A DNA stretch of 64,000 bases from assembly GCA_951406725.2 (NCBI GenBank), contig OX597814.1:109554001-109618000 (forward strand). The letters run 5' to 3'. This DNA comes from Octopus vulgaris (Eukaryota). Shown here piece after piece: positions 37,040 through 50,413 of the stretch (the first letter of the stretch is position 1; every line of letters begins with the position of its first letter). The notes under the pieces were generated by a model. That model saw only the letters and a list, made by a program, of their open reading frames with translations, searched no databases and had not been told where the DNA came from. The translations under genes and the position numbers were made by a program.

Positions 37040-38490
37040 TCTAGATACAAAGGAAAGTTTGCTACTGTTGTCGACCCATCACCCTCCTCAAACAACCATA
37101 CAAAGTGCTGCTGGTAAGCCACACACATCTGCTCAAAACTGAATAGCAAGCGAATAACATGTCAGTCGTGATGCCTTTACTAATAGCCTCTTCTAGTTTG
37201 CTAACTTGTTCTCCCTCTAATCTATTTCTTTCTATTGTTAAATCTTTACTAAACGCTATCAATTCTACTCTAATCGCTCTCTTCAGAGCAATTCACCACT
37301 GGTTGTTGATGACAACCCCCGTCAATTACCACTTAACTAGTTCGCTAATCCGGTCCCTGTAGTCTTTGTGAGCTGGTAAGGACGCATTCAACTTCTAGTA
37401 CAGGTTCTATCTAAATCGACCGAGCATATCACAAATTTGTGATCTGTGTAACCAACCAATTTAAATTGTGGACAGTCTATGCTATCCCTATCCTCTGATC
37501 TAACAAATACTCTATCTAAATACGATCTGGATGACCCACTGGGGTTGCTCAATAACGATTCCATTTATTTTCCACAAGGGCAAAGGATGAGGGGGATAAT
37601 ACAGAGACAGACATAAAGTGTTGGGGTTTACATATAATAATGAAATGATAAAAAAAAGTATATATGGTATACACTGGAAAAGAGGGGACATACGCATAGC
37701 ATACAAAGGTAAAAAAAGTCGGGGAGGGTGATAGAGATGTGGCTCTCCTGACACAGGAATGCCCCTAGGGATAATAGAGGAATGCCACTGTCCAAGATTT
37801 CCCTGAAACCCTATGAGCAAGTGCCCTCTCCAATTCCTTCTCACTGACTCACAGGTCTACACTTAGAAAGGTACCATCCACTCTTACCATTTTCGCAACT
37901 TTCACCCACCTTTCAATAAACTCACTCGAGGACAGCACCTCCCTCTCCACTCTTATTTCCCTTTTTTTCAAGTGAAACTTGAAGAAGTCAATGATAGCTC
38001 TACCAAAGAGGAACGTATCTGTCCTCATGCCTTTCAGCCTTGACCACCAAACCTCTTTCGCCACAGCTACCAAGCAAAAGAAAACTGCCTTGCCTGTCCG
38101 ATTGAAGGAGAGCAGTGATGTGATCATCACTACAGACTTGGCCAACAGACGGATCCTTCCCACACATGACAGCAGCTGTTTGACATAACCCCACAAGGGC
38201 AAAGGATGTGGGGGGCAATACAGAGACAGACATGAAGTGTAGGGGCTTACATATAATGAAATGATTAAAAAAAAGGGTAATAATGATGATTTCATTTCTT
38301 TGCTGCTAGGGCGAAGGACGAGGGTGGTGGTGGCCGGGCAATACAAAACATAAAGTGTAGGGTAGTTATATATAATGAAATGATAAAATGAATAAACAAA
38401 AATCAGAGAAAGTATACAAGGTATTCAGTGGAGAGAAAGGGAAATATACAAAGGATACAAAGGTAAAAAAAAGGTGGGGAGGGGGCAGAT
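37040..38490 (-). mobile_element. Tx1/L1-like LINE fragments with a repeated 3'-UTR-like segment
   Basis: FFCLVAVAKEVWWSRLKG...FFKFHLK...FIERW (ORF2 C-terminus) and WWIALKRAIRVELIAFSK (EN-RT linker). The segment ccacaagggcaaaggatg...tacatataatgaaatgat is repeated at ~37572 and ~38190, partly at ~38340. Confidence 0.7.
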
Positions 38491-39809
38491 GATGGAGATA
38501 ATAACAACAGCAGAAGTGAAATAGAACGAGTGTGTGTTTCTTAGCATTATGACCTTCCCAAGGCATATATAGAGATGTACAGTAAAACTTCATCAAATAT
38601 TAATTTTTTAAAAACTTTTCTGATTTCTAGTATGTTTCAAACAATTATCAATCTTTTTAATTACTAATTGATACTTTAGAGGAGATTGCTGTTGTAATTG
38701 TTGTTGTTGTTCACGTTGTGGTTTTGATCAGGCTTTTTTTTAGCGAGTCTAGTCGTACCTTTACTTTTACTGGCACGCCGTCGGTCACAACGATGAGTGT
38801 TCCAGTCGATCTGATCAATGAAACAGTGTACTCATGAAATTAACATGCAAATGGCCTGAGGTGCAGGAGTGGCTGTGTGGTAAGTAGCTTGCTTACCAAT
38901 CACATGGTTCTGGGTTAATTCCCACTGCATGGCACCTTGACAAGTGTCGTCTACTATAGCCTCAGGCCGACCAAAATCTTGTGAGTGGATTTGGTAGACG
39001 GAAACTGAAAGAAGCCCGTCATGTGTGTGTGTGTATGTATGTTTATATTTGTGTGTCTGTGTTTGTCCCCCAACATCGCTTGACAACCAATGGTGGTGTG
39101 TTTACGTCCCCGTAACTTAGCGGTTCGGCAAAAAGAGACTGATAGAATAAGCTTCCAAAGAGACCGATAGAATAAGCTTCCAAAGAATAAGTCCTGGGGT
39201 CGATTTGCTTGACTAAAGGCGAAGCTCCATCATGGCCACAGTCAAATGACTAAAACAAGTAAAAGAGTAAAGAAAGAGTACTCCACAAGCATGCGTACCC
39301 TTAACCTAGTTCTCAGGGAGATTCAGTGTGACACAAAATTTGAAAAGGCCGACCTTTTTAGGTATAGTTACAACTCGTTTTTGCCAGTCTAATGCACTGA
39401 AATAATGTGAAATAAAGTGTCCTGCTCAAGGAGGCAATGCACCGCTGAGAATGGAACTCACACCCTTACGATCGTAAGCCAAATACACTAACCTCTAAGC
39501 CATGTGCCTTCACTTCTCATACATTACTGAGTTGTATGGAATCCAAAACAATAGCTTCTTTTTATGACCGGACTTAAAAAAACCCACAGGATCTTTTAAG
39601 AGGTTTACCTTGGCAGTTATTTAACTGAGAATTAGGCTGGAAACCTAAACAAGTGAATTTGGTAAGACTCTGTGTTGATGAAGATGTGAGAGATGGTTTC
39701 AACTCTTTAAATGTCTTTAATCAATCACTTCAGGGACGTTTATCTTGAGGAATATAAATCAATACTGGAGACAGAGGTAAAGGGCATGGACCCTTCTTTC
39801 AGTTATTTT

Positions 39810-40805
39810 TTTGGGGGTTTCTTTTTTTTTTTTTCTACAGAAACCCACTTGGATCTTTTTGGTTTGAACAGCAGTCTTTTAAAATAATTTCCACGTAACT
39901 AAACACTTTTAAACTTCGTATACTGGTAGAATGTGTTTATAAAACATCTTTTTCTCTTGGCTTTATTGAGAAAATTCTATGGTTTGTAAGATATTTGTTG
40001 TCTTTTTTCTTCAATTTCTGCAATTTCAACCAATCAATGACGTCTATTGAGGTAAAAAAAACATTCTGTGCCGTATGAATATGTCCCTCGTTTAAGAAAC
40101 AGATTGGGTTTATTTACATTTGTGAAGAAAAAAAGATACCCTTCCTCCCACCCCCACCCCTAACCCTAAAACAGATTGAAATGCAATAGATCGATACTAG
40201 GGTCATAATTATGGGTGTCAATTTCATATGACACCGCTAGAAAAAACTACCGTTCAAACCGAAAAGATCCACCCACTTTTTCGATTGCAGAGATTCCGAA
40301 TCTGCAAAAAAGATAAAATCGGCATTTCGAAATTTTACCTCCCCCATCCCCTCAACCACCAATTTTTCACATTTTTTAGAAATTATTTTGGCCAAATACA
40401 TAGAAAAATGCGGAAATTATGATTCTGAAAAAGAGATTTTGTAAAATTTCAATTTTTCAAAGAAAATAATAATAATTATAAATGAATAAACAAATAAATA
40501 AACACCCCTCCCCACCCACTAAAATAGCAGACGTAAAAAGAAATGCTGGAAATAGCAGCTAAACAACTAGTCACGTGTTCAAAATTTTTATTTCCCTCAC
40601 CCTCTTTTTTTCTTTGCCAGAGGAGTTGAGAGGGGGAAAAATAAAAATTTAGAAAACGTGTTTTGGGGATTTTCAAAATCTTCCATTTTTAAGTACGCTC
40701 AAATCGGAAATTTTGAAATGCCGTTTTTTTTTTGTTTTTTTTTGCAGATTCGGAATCTCTGCAGTCGAAAATGGGGGTCTCTGTAGGAAAAAAAACCCCA
40801 AAAGA
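39810..40805. mobile_element. host foldback element with ~100-bp inverted arms, interrupted by the Merlin-type MITE
   Basis: ctacagaaaccc..ttcgattgcagagattccgaatctgcaaaa..cggcatttc pairs with gaaatgccg..tgcagattcggaatctctgcagtcgaaaatgggggtctctgtag. Confidence 0.7.
39851..40270. mobile_element. Merlin-type MITE (GG...CC termini, 8-bp TSD ACCCACTT)
   Basis: TIRs GGATCTTTT.GGTTTGAAC and GTTCAAACCGAAAAGATCC. Perfect TSD at 39843-39850 and 40271-40278. Confidence 0.8.
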
Positions 40806-41163
40806 GTTACCACGGCCATACTGTATGGTCATAATTATGGAATCGAAGAACACTTTCATTCCTAGCAACGGTTTAAATTGAGAGAAGGAAGTGGAGTAAA
40901 AAGTAAAAAAAAGAAAAAAAAGATACCGCTGATAAAGGGGAACAACTCTGATTGAGTTATTCTTTTATTCTTTTACTTGGTTCAGGTATTTGACTACGGC
41001 CATGCAGGAGCACCACCTTCAGTCGAACAAATCGACCCCAGGACTTATTCTTTGTAAGCCTACTATTTATTCTATCGGTGTCTTTGCCGAACCACTAAGG
41101 TACAGGGACGTAAACACACCACCATCAGTTGTCAAGCGATGGTGGTGGGGGACAATCACATAA

Positions 41164-41208
<45 letters not shown>

Positions 41209-41624
41209 CACTCCAAACTATTAAAGACAATGGTGTTATTAATAACCATTCCTACCATTGGTACAAAAGTAAATTTTTTTTTGTGTGGTCTCCTTTGGTT
41301 ACATGGGTTACTTTTGGTCCTTTGTCTTGCAAATTACAAGGCAATCTGAACCAGTGTTGGTGGCACAGAAAGAAACAATCCTGCACTCTCTGTAAAGTGG
41401 TTGGTGTTAGGAAGGGCATCCCAGCTGGACAAAAGCCCTGCTGAAGCAGACAAATTGGGTTTGGTGCTGTCCATGAACTGGTCAAGTTCTCTTGCACCAT
41501 CTAACCATGTCAGCATGGAAGATGGACATTAAATGGTGATGATGATGATGAGGGGGATGAGGGGAGTGAGAGGGGGTAATAACGTTTCTTTAATTGTAGT
41601 GACCCAGGCAAGGGATTAATGTCA

Positions 41625-41965
41625 ATCAATGCTACAGAGATTGTCACTCATCACTCATGGTACCAAAACTACAGAAGTTGTGTCACTCACCATTCATAGT
41701 GCCAGGAGAGGTTGTATCACTCACCATTTATCATGCCAAGAGAGGCTGTGTCACTCATCATTCATAGCACCAATACTACAGAGGTTGTGTCACTCATCAC
41801 TCATGGTATCAACTCTCACCAAGAGAGGTTATGTCATTCAAAATTCATGGCACCAACACTACAGAGGTTCTATCGCTCATCATTCATGGCCCCAACACTA
41901 GAGAGATTGCAGCACTCATCACTCATGGCACCAACATTAGAGAGGTTGTGTCACTCATTATTCAG
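41625..41965. repeat. ~40-bp minisatellite (cactcatcactcatggcaccaacactacagaggttgtgt), about 8 units
   Basis: Directly visible tandem units. Confidence 0.85.
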
Positions 41966-42728
41966 CAAAAGCTCCTTAGTGATAGTACAGGGGATGGAGG
42001 GGAGGGGGTCTTGTACTCAGTCAATGTAGAGAGAACTCAGTGACATAAGATGTATAGACCCAGGAGGGGAATAGGAGAGAGTGAGGGATGACAGCAGGTA
42101 GGTGGGGTTATATACTTTTTGAATAAGAATATATTTTAATTTCATTTTTGTGTTTGCTTTGCAAGGTTCTTGATGTGAATTTGTGTGCAAAAACACATCT
42201 TGTGTTTTGGGGGGATCATTACACGACGAAAGGACTTTGACAAACAAACAACCAATTGGTTGTTTACGAACGTGGCTGATGCCAGCGCCGCCTTGACTGG
42301 CTTCTGTGCCAGTGGCACGTAAAAAGCACCAACCGATCGTGGCCGCTGCCAGCTTCATCTGGCACGTAAAAAGCACCCACTACACTCATGGAGTGGTTGG
42401 CGTTAGGAAGGGCATCCAGCTGTAGAAACACTGCCAGATCAGACTGGAGTCTGGTGCAGCTATCTAGTTCGCCAGACCCCGGTCGAACCATCCAACCCGT
42501 GCTAGCACAGAAAAACGGACGTTTAACGTTGATGATGATGATGATCATGATGATTAAACAAACAATCGATTAATTAACTGGTTAGATGTTTAACCAACTG
42601 ACTAACAATAAAGAAGTAATTTTGAACTAGTGTGTGTGTGTGTGTTTATCATTATTGGTGTTATGACTGTCCCAAGACACAACAAGATATGCTTTAAGAA
42701 TCAAAATTTTCCACTTCTTTTTCTGAAG

Positions 42729-42820
42729 ATTAAGTAATTATCTGGAGAAGAAGAATAGCCGAGGAAGAAGCAGTGCAAGTGATGAAGGTGGCAGAAATCC
42801 ATTCAGCCATCCCCGTTTTG
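42729..42820 (+). CDS. candidate exon of unnamed gene B (LSNYLEKKNSRGRSSASDEGGRNPFSHPRF)
   Basis: Acceptor ttccacttcttttttctgaag and donor TTG|GTAAAT; one frame fully open. Its phase does not directly match the next exon. Confidence 0.4.
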
Positions 42821-43328
42821 GTAAATACAGACCAAACAGGACTCTGTCACATCCTCCTTTGTAAGTTCTGGGGTCTGTCTTTTATTTTTTATTTGTTTTA
42901 GTTATTAGACTATGACGATGTTGTAGTAGCACCTTGAAGAATTTGTTTTAGCTGAGTGAATCAACCCTGGGACTTTTGTTTCTTTTTTTAACCCTGGTAC
43001 TTATTCTGTTCACCTCTTTTGCCAAACCACTAAGTTATGTGGGATGTAAACACACCAACACCGGTTGCCAAGTGGTGGTGGGTGACAAAAGCACACACAC
43101 ACACACATTATTCTTAGACATGAATGTTGTTGACAGTGACTTCAAAGTTTTGGCCAGCTAAGCCATTGTTGAACTGGCCGAAACTTTGAAGTCACTATCA
43201 ATAATATTCTTGTTTAAAAGCAATAAACTTGTACTCTACAAAAGTATAGAAAGACCCATCAGATTAATGTAAAATTGATTTTGTTACAACTGAACATAAA
43301 AATAAAAAATTAACAATAAATATATATG

Positions 43329-44561
43329 CAGGAGTTGGACATAGCATCATAATTTTGAAATATCTATAAAACCGTCAAAAGTTTGTTTATTTTTATGTTT
43401 CTTGATTTATTATTAGTGTTGCTTGATATGTTTTGCTAAAATTGCTATTTCTTTCCGGTTATCACCAGAAAAACGTAATTAAAATTCATTAAAATGACAG
43501 ATCTATCAGACTTTCAAAGAGGTCAAATGGTTGGTGCTCGTATGGCAGGCCTTAGCATAACAAAAACAGCCAAAATGTTTGGTGCACCAAGAAGTACTGT
43601 CTCGAAAGTAATAACAGCCTTTGAGAAAGAGGGAAAAACCTCATTGGAATAAAACTCCAGAAGAAAACCAAAACTTTCAGATAGGGACTGTCGGACTCTC
43701 ATGCGGATTGTTAGAAAAGATCACAAAAGTACAGCTCCCAAAATTACTGCAGAGCTTAATGACCACCTCCACAAAAAATGTTTGCCAGGAGCTGCACAAA
43801 GCCGGATTTCACAGGAGGGCTGCAGTCAGAAAAAACACTGCTTTCAAAAACAAATGTTGCAAAGTATTTAGAGTGGAGTTAAAACCTACCGAATTGGTCC
43901 CTAGAGCAGTGGAAGAATGTTATTTTCTCGGATGAGTCATCCTTTACCCTACTTCCGGCTACTGGCCAAGTATCCATGTGGAGACAGCCAAAAGAAGCAA
44001 TTGACCCAGACTGCCTTCTTCCAACTGTTAAACATGGGGGAGTATCTGTGATGATCATGAGGGTTATATCTTGGAAATCTGCTGGCCCAATGGTTTTCCT
44101 TCATGGCAGAATTAATAGTCAAGACTATTTAAGCATTTTATCTGATCAAGTTCATCCTATGGTTGCAGAATTATTTCCAGAGGGAAACGCAATCTTTCAG
44201 GATGATAATGCACTAATTCACACAGCTAAAGTTGTTACTGAATGGCTTGAGGAATATTCTAGTGAAGTTGAACATCTTATCTGGCCACCACAGTCCCCAG
44301 ATCTAAATATTATTGAACATTTATGGTGCATTTTAGAAAAACAAGTAAGGAGTCAATATCCTCCACCATCATCACTACAAGAACTGGAGACTGTTTTAGC
44401 TGAAGAATGGGGGAAAATTCCTTTGGAAACAATTCAGACTTTGTACGAGTCCATACCTCGTAGAATTCAAATTGTAATTACTGCCAAAGGCAGTCCTACC
44501 CCAAATTAAAATAAATTTGTTTGAAATTTTAAGTTGTTTCCATTATTTTGTCCAACCCCTG
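43329..44561 (+). mobile_element. near-full-length degenerate DD36E (Incomer-like) Tc1/mariner transposon
   Basis: TIR ends cagga(g)ttggaca and tgtccaacccctg-TA. Transposase 43494-44509 reads MTDLSDFQRGQMVGARMAG...FSDES...FQDDNA...SPDLNIIE, with 36 residues between D and E and stops/frameshifts in the N-terminal half. Confidence 0.88.
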
Positions 44562-44958
44562 TATATATATTATAATAATATGAGGGAATATTATTCCAAA
44601 CTTACAGGGAAAATTCAATTTAGAAATACTAAATCAAATTTCACAAAATACAATATATATATATGAATTAGAAAAAAAAAACATATATATATAAAACGAT
44701 GGGTTCTTCCAGTTTCCATATACCAAATCCCGAATCCATTCACAAGGCTTTGATTGGCTTGAGGCTATAGTAGACACTTGCCCAAGGTGTCACACAATGG
44801 GACTGAACCAAGAACCATGTGGTTGGGAAGCAAGCATCTTACCACACATTTATGTCTGTAGTTATAATTGTTTATATTAGAAAAAAGAAAGCAAAAAAAT
44901 AAATAAACTGATTATGCCTGTATTGAATCGGATGATGGATATTTAATGTTGTTTGCAG

Positions 44959-45090
44959 GGGTCACACATTTCCCAGTGTAAATTGTTTGCGTAAGGAGGA
45001 GCCTTCTAAATACAGCCAGCGGCACACACAGCATCGGAACTCTACATGGCCTTATGGATATAAAGTTCTTCCATCGCCACAAACAGCCAG
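44959..45090 (+). CDS. exon of unnamed gene B (GHTFPSVNCLRKEEPSKYSQRHTQHRNSTWPYGYKVLPSPQTA)
   Basis: Acceptor ttgtttgcag and consensus donor CAG|GTAAGT. 132 nt, open in phase 2-2. Confidence 0.55.
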
Positions 45091-45603
45091 GTAAGTCCTT
45101 TCATTGCTTGAGGTAAGGTGCAATGATTGTTACGCTGATGATGCCTAATGAGGCAGAAACATGTACTCTCTTGTGCCCCAGACAATAAGCTTGTCTTATT
45201 CCTGGCATACCTATCCAAGTACCCTCCACTCTGTGTAAATTGTGAATAGATCAGAATTTAATATGCAAAAAAACCCCAAAATATATAAAAATAAACTGTC
45301 CATACTGACTCACATCTCATATATCTACAAAATGAAACTTGGAAGTTTCAAAAAATTCTGATGTGTGTGTGTGTGTGTGCTCACCATTTTTCTTTTCACA
45401 TCAAACTCTGATATTTTCTTTTATTTATTTTGGTCATCTGATTGCGGCCATGCTGGAGCACTGCCTTTTGTCAAGCAAATCGACCCCAGGACTTATTCTT
45501 TGTAAGCCTCGTACTTATTCTATCGGTCTCTTTTGCCGAACCGCTAAGTTACAGGGACATAAACACACCAACATCGGTTGTCAAGCGATGGTAGGGGGAC
45601 AAG

Positions 45604-45662
<59 letters not shown>

Positions 45663-46071
45663 ATGTATATATATATGTGTATATATATATATATGTATAT
45701 ATATAGATGTATATATATATATATATATACGATGGGCTTCTTTCAGTTTCTGTCTACCAAATCCACTCACAAGGCTTTGGTTGGCCCAAGGCTATAGTAG
45801 AAGACACTTGCCGAAGGTGCCACGCAGTGGGACCGAACCTGGAACCATGTGGTTGGTAAGCAAGCTACTTACCACACAGTGACTCCTGCATAATTTACAA
45901 GTGTATCCACTCTGAAATATATTTGTAGAGAATTTCATTTAAAAATACCCATTTTTCTGAAAGTTAGGAGGAAACAAAGTCAGCTCATGTGAATTTTACG
46001 AAACTCTTCTCCCCACCTGTGGAAAAAATTTTTCACAACAAATTCCGATCTATTATAATCAGAATCTACAC

Positions 46072-46637
46072 CGGTGGTTCTCAAACTGGAGTTCCCTAAG
46101 GGACCACAAAACGAATTTAGAGGCACCACAAAGGGACACTGAAGTATTGTGAAAACAGGATGGTGACTTCAGACAGTTAACTTTAAAGATTCCAAGACTT
46201 TCAATTTTTCACATGCTATCATCCTTTTTTGTCATTGACCTCAAAACCCTGCGCCTCTCCTACACACTGATTTGCTAATCACACTTGTTGTACATCAGGT
46301 GTGATTAGCTGATGGAAAATATGCAGGTATAATTGTTGATTGCGCATGTGATGTTGGTATTCTACACTCACATGATTCACCACTCTGCTATTGCAATCCA
46401 CATGTTTGCATGTCTCTTACCATTGTTATCTGTATTGGTGCATGTTCCCACATGACCTTCCCCTTTGCCAGACACCCATTCTCATCCCAGTTCATAGTCC
46501 AGAAATTAGGGTACACGAATGTATATCATTTTTTTTTTCATGTTAATTATCCTGCATTTTATAAGGAACCACAAATCATTGATAAAAGTGTAGGGAGACC
46601 GGCACGTAAAATTCTTTGAAAAGTTTGAGAACCACTG
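46072..46637. mobile_element. hAT (Charlie-like) non-autonomous element with 8-bp TSD
   Basis: TIRs c(g)gtggttctcaaact and agtttgagaaccactg. TSD atctacac / atctgcac. Confidence 0.78.
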
Positions 46638-48176
46638 ATCTGCACCATCTGAAGCATTTTAGGAGATAATTTCATCAGAAAGTATCCATCTTTTTGGTAG
46701 TTATGAGAAAACAAAGCCGGTGAGGTCTATTTGTGTAGATATATCCTTTTCCTTAACCTTTAGCACACTGCATTTTCTCTAGAATTGTCTCCCCTGGAAC
46801 TATCCTGTTACTACAGGGGAGAAAACTCACAGTGACATGATGCACATACAGTGTGTTAAATGTTGATGGCATGTCCACTTTGGAAAAGTCTTGTGATTAT
46901 CTCCCCTTCTTATAAGCTTGCTCCAATTGCCATTTGGGAATCATGCCACATCTGGAGATCTACCATGGATGATCCATTATACAAATGTTTGAAAGTAATC
47001 TTAAATTAGACCCCTTTCTTTTTTTTATGATTCTTTTAATGTTCATTTTTCTGTCCTTTTGTATTTTATTCTGTGTATTGTGAATGTATCTCTTATCTTT
47101 CATTGCGGAAGAAGTTGTTGTTTTCTCTTTCTTCTTTTAACCTTCTCTGACATGTTGTATTCTGTCTAAGCACTGTATACAATAAGCTTATTGTTGACGT
47201 TGTCGTCACCACCGCCATCATCATTGTCATTGTCATCACCATCATTATCATCATTATCATCATCATGGTTTGCCACTGTTGCCACCATCACTACTGCCAC
47301 CAGCACCATCAGCCATTCAAGAATTTGGACCTGCAGATCTCCATTTCCAGCGACTTCGAGGGCCACCCCCCCATTGGTGTCGGGCGTCAACGAAAAGCCC
47401 TCGACTACAACAAGATGACCAAAGTTTTTTTTTTCCAAGGTCTGGGGTCTCCCGCCCCTAAGCCCTAGACCATCACCTAATCACCCTTACCCGTCTTGTT
47501 GCTTAACAACAACAACCAGCACCATCAGCTTCATCATCATCATCACTCATCATCATTGCCACTACCATCACTATCACAACCACTACCACCATCTTCATCG
47601 TCATCATCATCTTTTAAAGTCCACTTTTCCATGCTTGCTTGGGTCAGACGGTTAATTGAGGCAGATTTTTTTTAGCTGGATGCCCTTCCTGTCACCAACA
47701 CTCACTTGTTTCTATAACAATATAATAAATGTGCCTTTTTAAAGCCTAGCCAGGCTCATGAGCCCAGTTTCCCGGTTCCTATGGCATATGTGTTCTCCAG
47801 CTGGACTAGACACCAGTCCATCATAGCATTACTCATTTTTGCCAGCTGAGTGGACTGGAGCAACATGAAATGAAATGTTTTGCTCAAGAACACAATGTGT
47901 TGCCCGGTCCAGGAATCGAAGCCACAATCTTATGATCATGGTGCTGACACCCTAACCACTAAGCTACGCGCCTCCACCACTTGTTTCTATGCAAAGTAAT
48001 ATTTCCTTATGATGTTCCATCATTGAGATGTTGATGGTAGTGTTAATAGTGGCACCAATGAAGATGATGATGAGTAGAAGGAGGAGGAGGATGGGGAAGA
48101 AAGGAGATGAGGAAGAGGCTGTCAATCTTTCCTCCTGTTTCAAATTTGCATGATTTCTAACGATTACTTTTGCCAG

Positions 48177-48277
48177 AGATCAAAGTTTGCTATTGAACCT
48201 TGTGATTGGCAGTTTAGTAACATCTTAAATGAAGTTGTAGATGTGATGATAACCCAACTTGTGAAAAACCTGCTGAG
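48177..48277 (+). CDS. exon of unnamed gene B (RSKFAIEPCDWQFSNILNEVVDVMITQLVKNLL); alternative donor at 48371
   Basis: Acceptor ttacttttgccag. Donor GAG|GTACCA (phase 2) or GAA|GTAAGT at 48371 (phase 0). Amphipathic helical peptide. Confidence 0.55.
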
Positions 48278-50015
48278 GTACCAGACTTATATTCAATATT
48301 GTAGAGAAAAAGAAGAAGAAGAACTGACTCATCGTAAAACCGATAAAGGAACCTTCCAAAAGAATAACGAAGTAAGTATGATTAAAGGAAAATTAAAAGA
48401 ATTTATTATCGAGATGTACTTGCATAGTATGTGACCTGATTTGAGATTGTGTGCTGGAACGAAAACAATTGCAGCATGAAAGGTGTTTATAAGCGATTTA
48501 AGAAACACACAAAAGCCGTTAGATTCACTTCAACATTTAAATTTAATTTGCCAAAATATTTTCGTCGCTTTGAGACCACGACCTGTTCACTGACAAAATT
48601 CCATGCTGCATCAGAATTTAGTCTGAATGATAATCTCTTTTCTACTGAAATTTGTGGGGAGGGTACTAGTTGATTACATTGACCCCAGTGTATAACTGGT
48701 ACTTATTTCATTGACGCCCCCCCCCCCCTCGAAAGGATGAAAGGGTAAAGTCAACCTTACCAAAATTTGAACTCAGCAACAGTTGAAATACTGCCAAATA
48801 TTTCACCTGGTGTGCTAACAATTCTGCCAGCTCACAACCTTAAGTCTGAATAATAATAATAATAATAATAATAGTAATAATAATAAAAATAATATGTGAT
48901 AAATAAGAAAGAAAAGTCGAGAGATATGACAGGTTAGCTTGGGAAGTTTAGCAGTTGTGGTTGATGAAAAAGGTAGCAGTAGTACCAATAATTGTTGGAG
49001 CCCTGGGAACAGTGAGTAAAAATCTTGAGAAGTACGTGGAACAAATAGGGGCTGCAATAAGGGTGGAGCACTTGTAGAAAAAACAGCACTGCTTGGAACC
49101 GCCCGAATACTCCAGAAGGTGCTAAAAAAATAAAAGGTGTTACCTTAGTTCTCTGGTAGTAAACAGCTGACACCATAGTACATCTCCAGCGTTAGAAGCT
49201 GTGCAAAGGCAATGATAATAATAATAATAATAATATTAATAGTAGTAATAATAATAATCATTCTTTCTACTATAAGCACAAGAAATTTTGTTTAAGGGAG
49301 GAAGTTAGTTACATTGAGCCAAGTGCTTAACTCGTCCTTGTTTTATCAACCTGGGAAGGATGAAAATATTGACTCTGGTGGAATTTGAACACAGAATGTT
49401 AAGAGCCAGAAGAAATACCTTTAAGCCATTTTTCTGATGTGCTAACGAATCTGCCAGCTTGATGCCTTAAGGATAATAATAATAATAATCCTTTCTAGTA
49501 TAGGCACAAGGCTTGAAATTTTGGGTGAGTGGTGTTTAGTCACATCAACCCCAGTGTGCAACTGGTATTTGTTTCATTGACCTCAGAAAAATGAAAGGCA
49601 AAGTTGACCTCAGCAGAATTTGAACTCAGAACATAAAAAGCTGGAACAAATGCCATTAAATATTTAGTCCTGACAATTCTTCTAGCTTGCTTAATAGAGA
49701 TGGTAATGAGCTTAACCCTTTCATTACCAACCCAGTTGAAACCAGCTCTGGCTCTGTAGCACAAATGTCTTGTTTTCATGTTTTGAATTAAAATCTTCCA
49801 CTAAACCTTAGCCACAATTAATGTTCCTAACACTAGCTTAATGATAACTAAGTTATTTTACTAAATTCTTTGTTATATTTAAAGTAATTGAAAGAAACAC
49901 AGAGCATCTCAACAGAAATATGGTAACAAAAAGGTTAATGTCTACAGTGGTCAGGTGCACTACAACCTGTCAGAAAAGGTTAAAAGAGGAGAAAGAAAGC
50001 AGACATATTACTAAA

Positions 50016-50413
50016 CTAGCAGTATCGCCCGGCGTTGCTCTAGTTTGTTTTCTTTTCGACCCTTTAGAATTGGAATTTTTGAAAAGTAAAAATTTTGCAT
50101 TATGTAGCTTGTTATTCTCTTTAAGTGAACATTTTTCTTGTTGAAATACACTGAAAAATGGCGACAGAGCAGTTAAAAAATCGTAAAAAATAAGAATTTT
50201 CATAGAAAAAAGCACCTTTTTGATGTAAATAATATTTGGTGTTAACATGGTCCAATTTGAATTTTTTTTCTTCTGCGGAAGGAAGAGCAAGATTTCTATC
50301 ATACTCTCAATTTTGGTCATCTTGCGCTGCAGCGTCTCGGAGGAGATAGTGTTAGTTGAAGGCTACCAAACCTGCCATACACAGGCAACTTCAGCTTTAT
50401 ATATATAGAGAGA
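50016..50413 (-). mobile_element. non-autonomous Helitron, copy 2
   Basis: A|TC...CTAG|T on the minus strand, no TSD. Confidence 0.8.

Noticed and set aside
43976-44509. 177-aa ORF as a domesticated transposase gene
   Set aside because: The upstream half has stops and frameshifts and the TIRs are still present; it is a decaying element.
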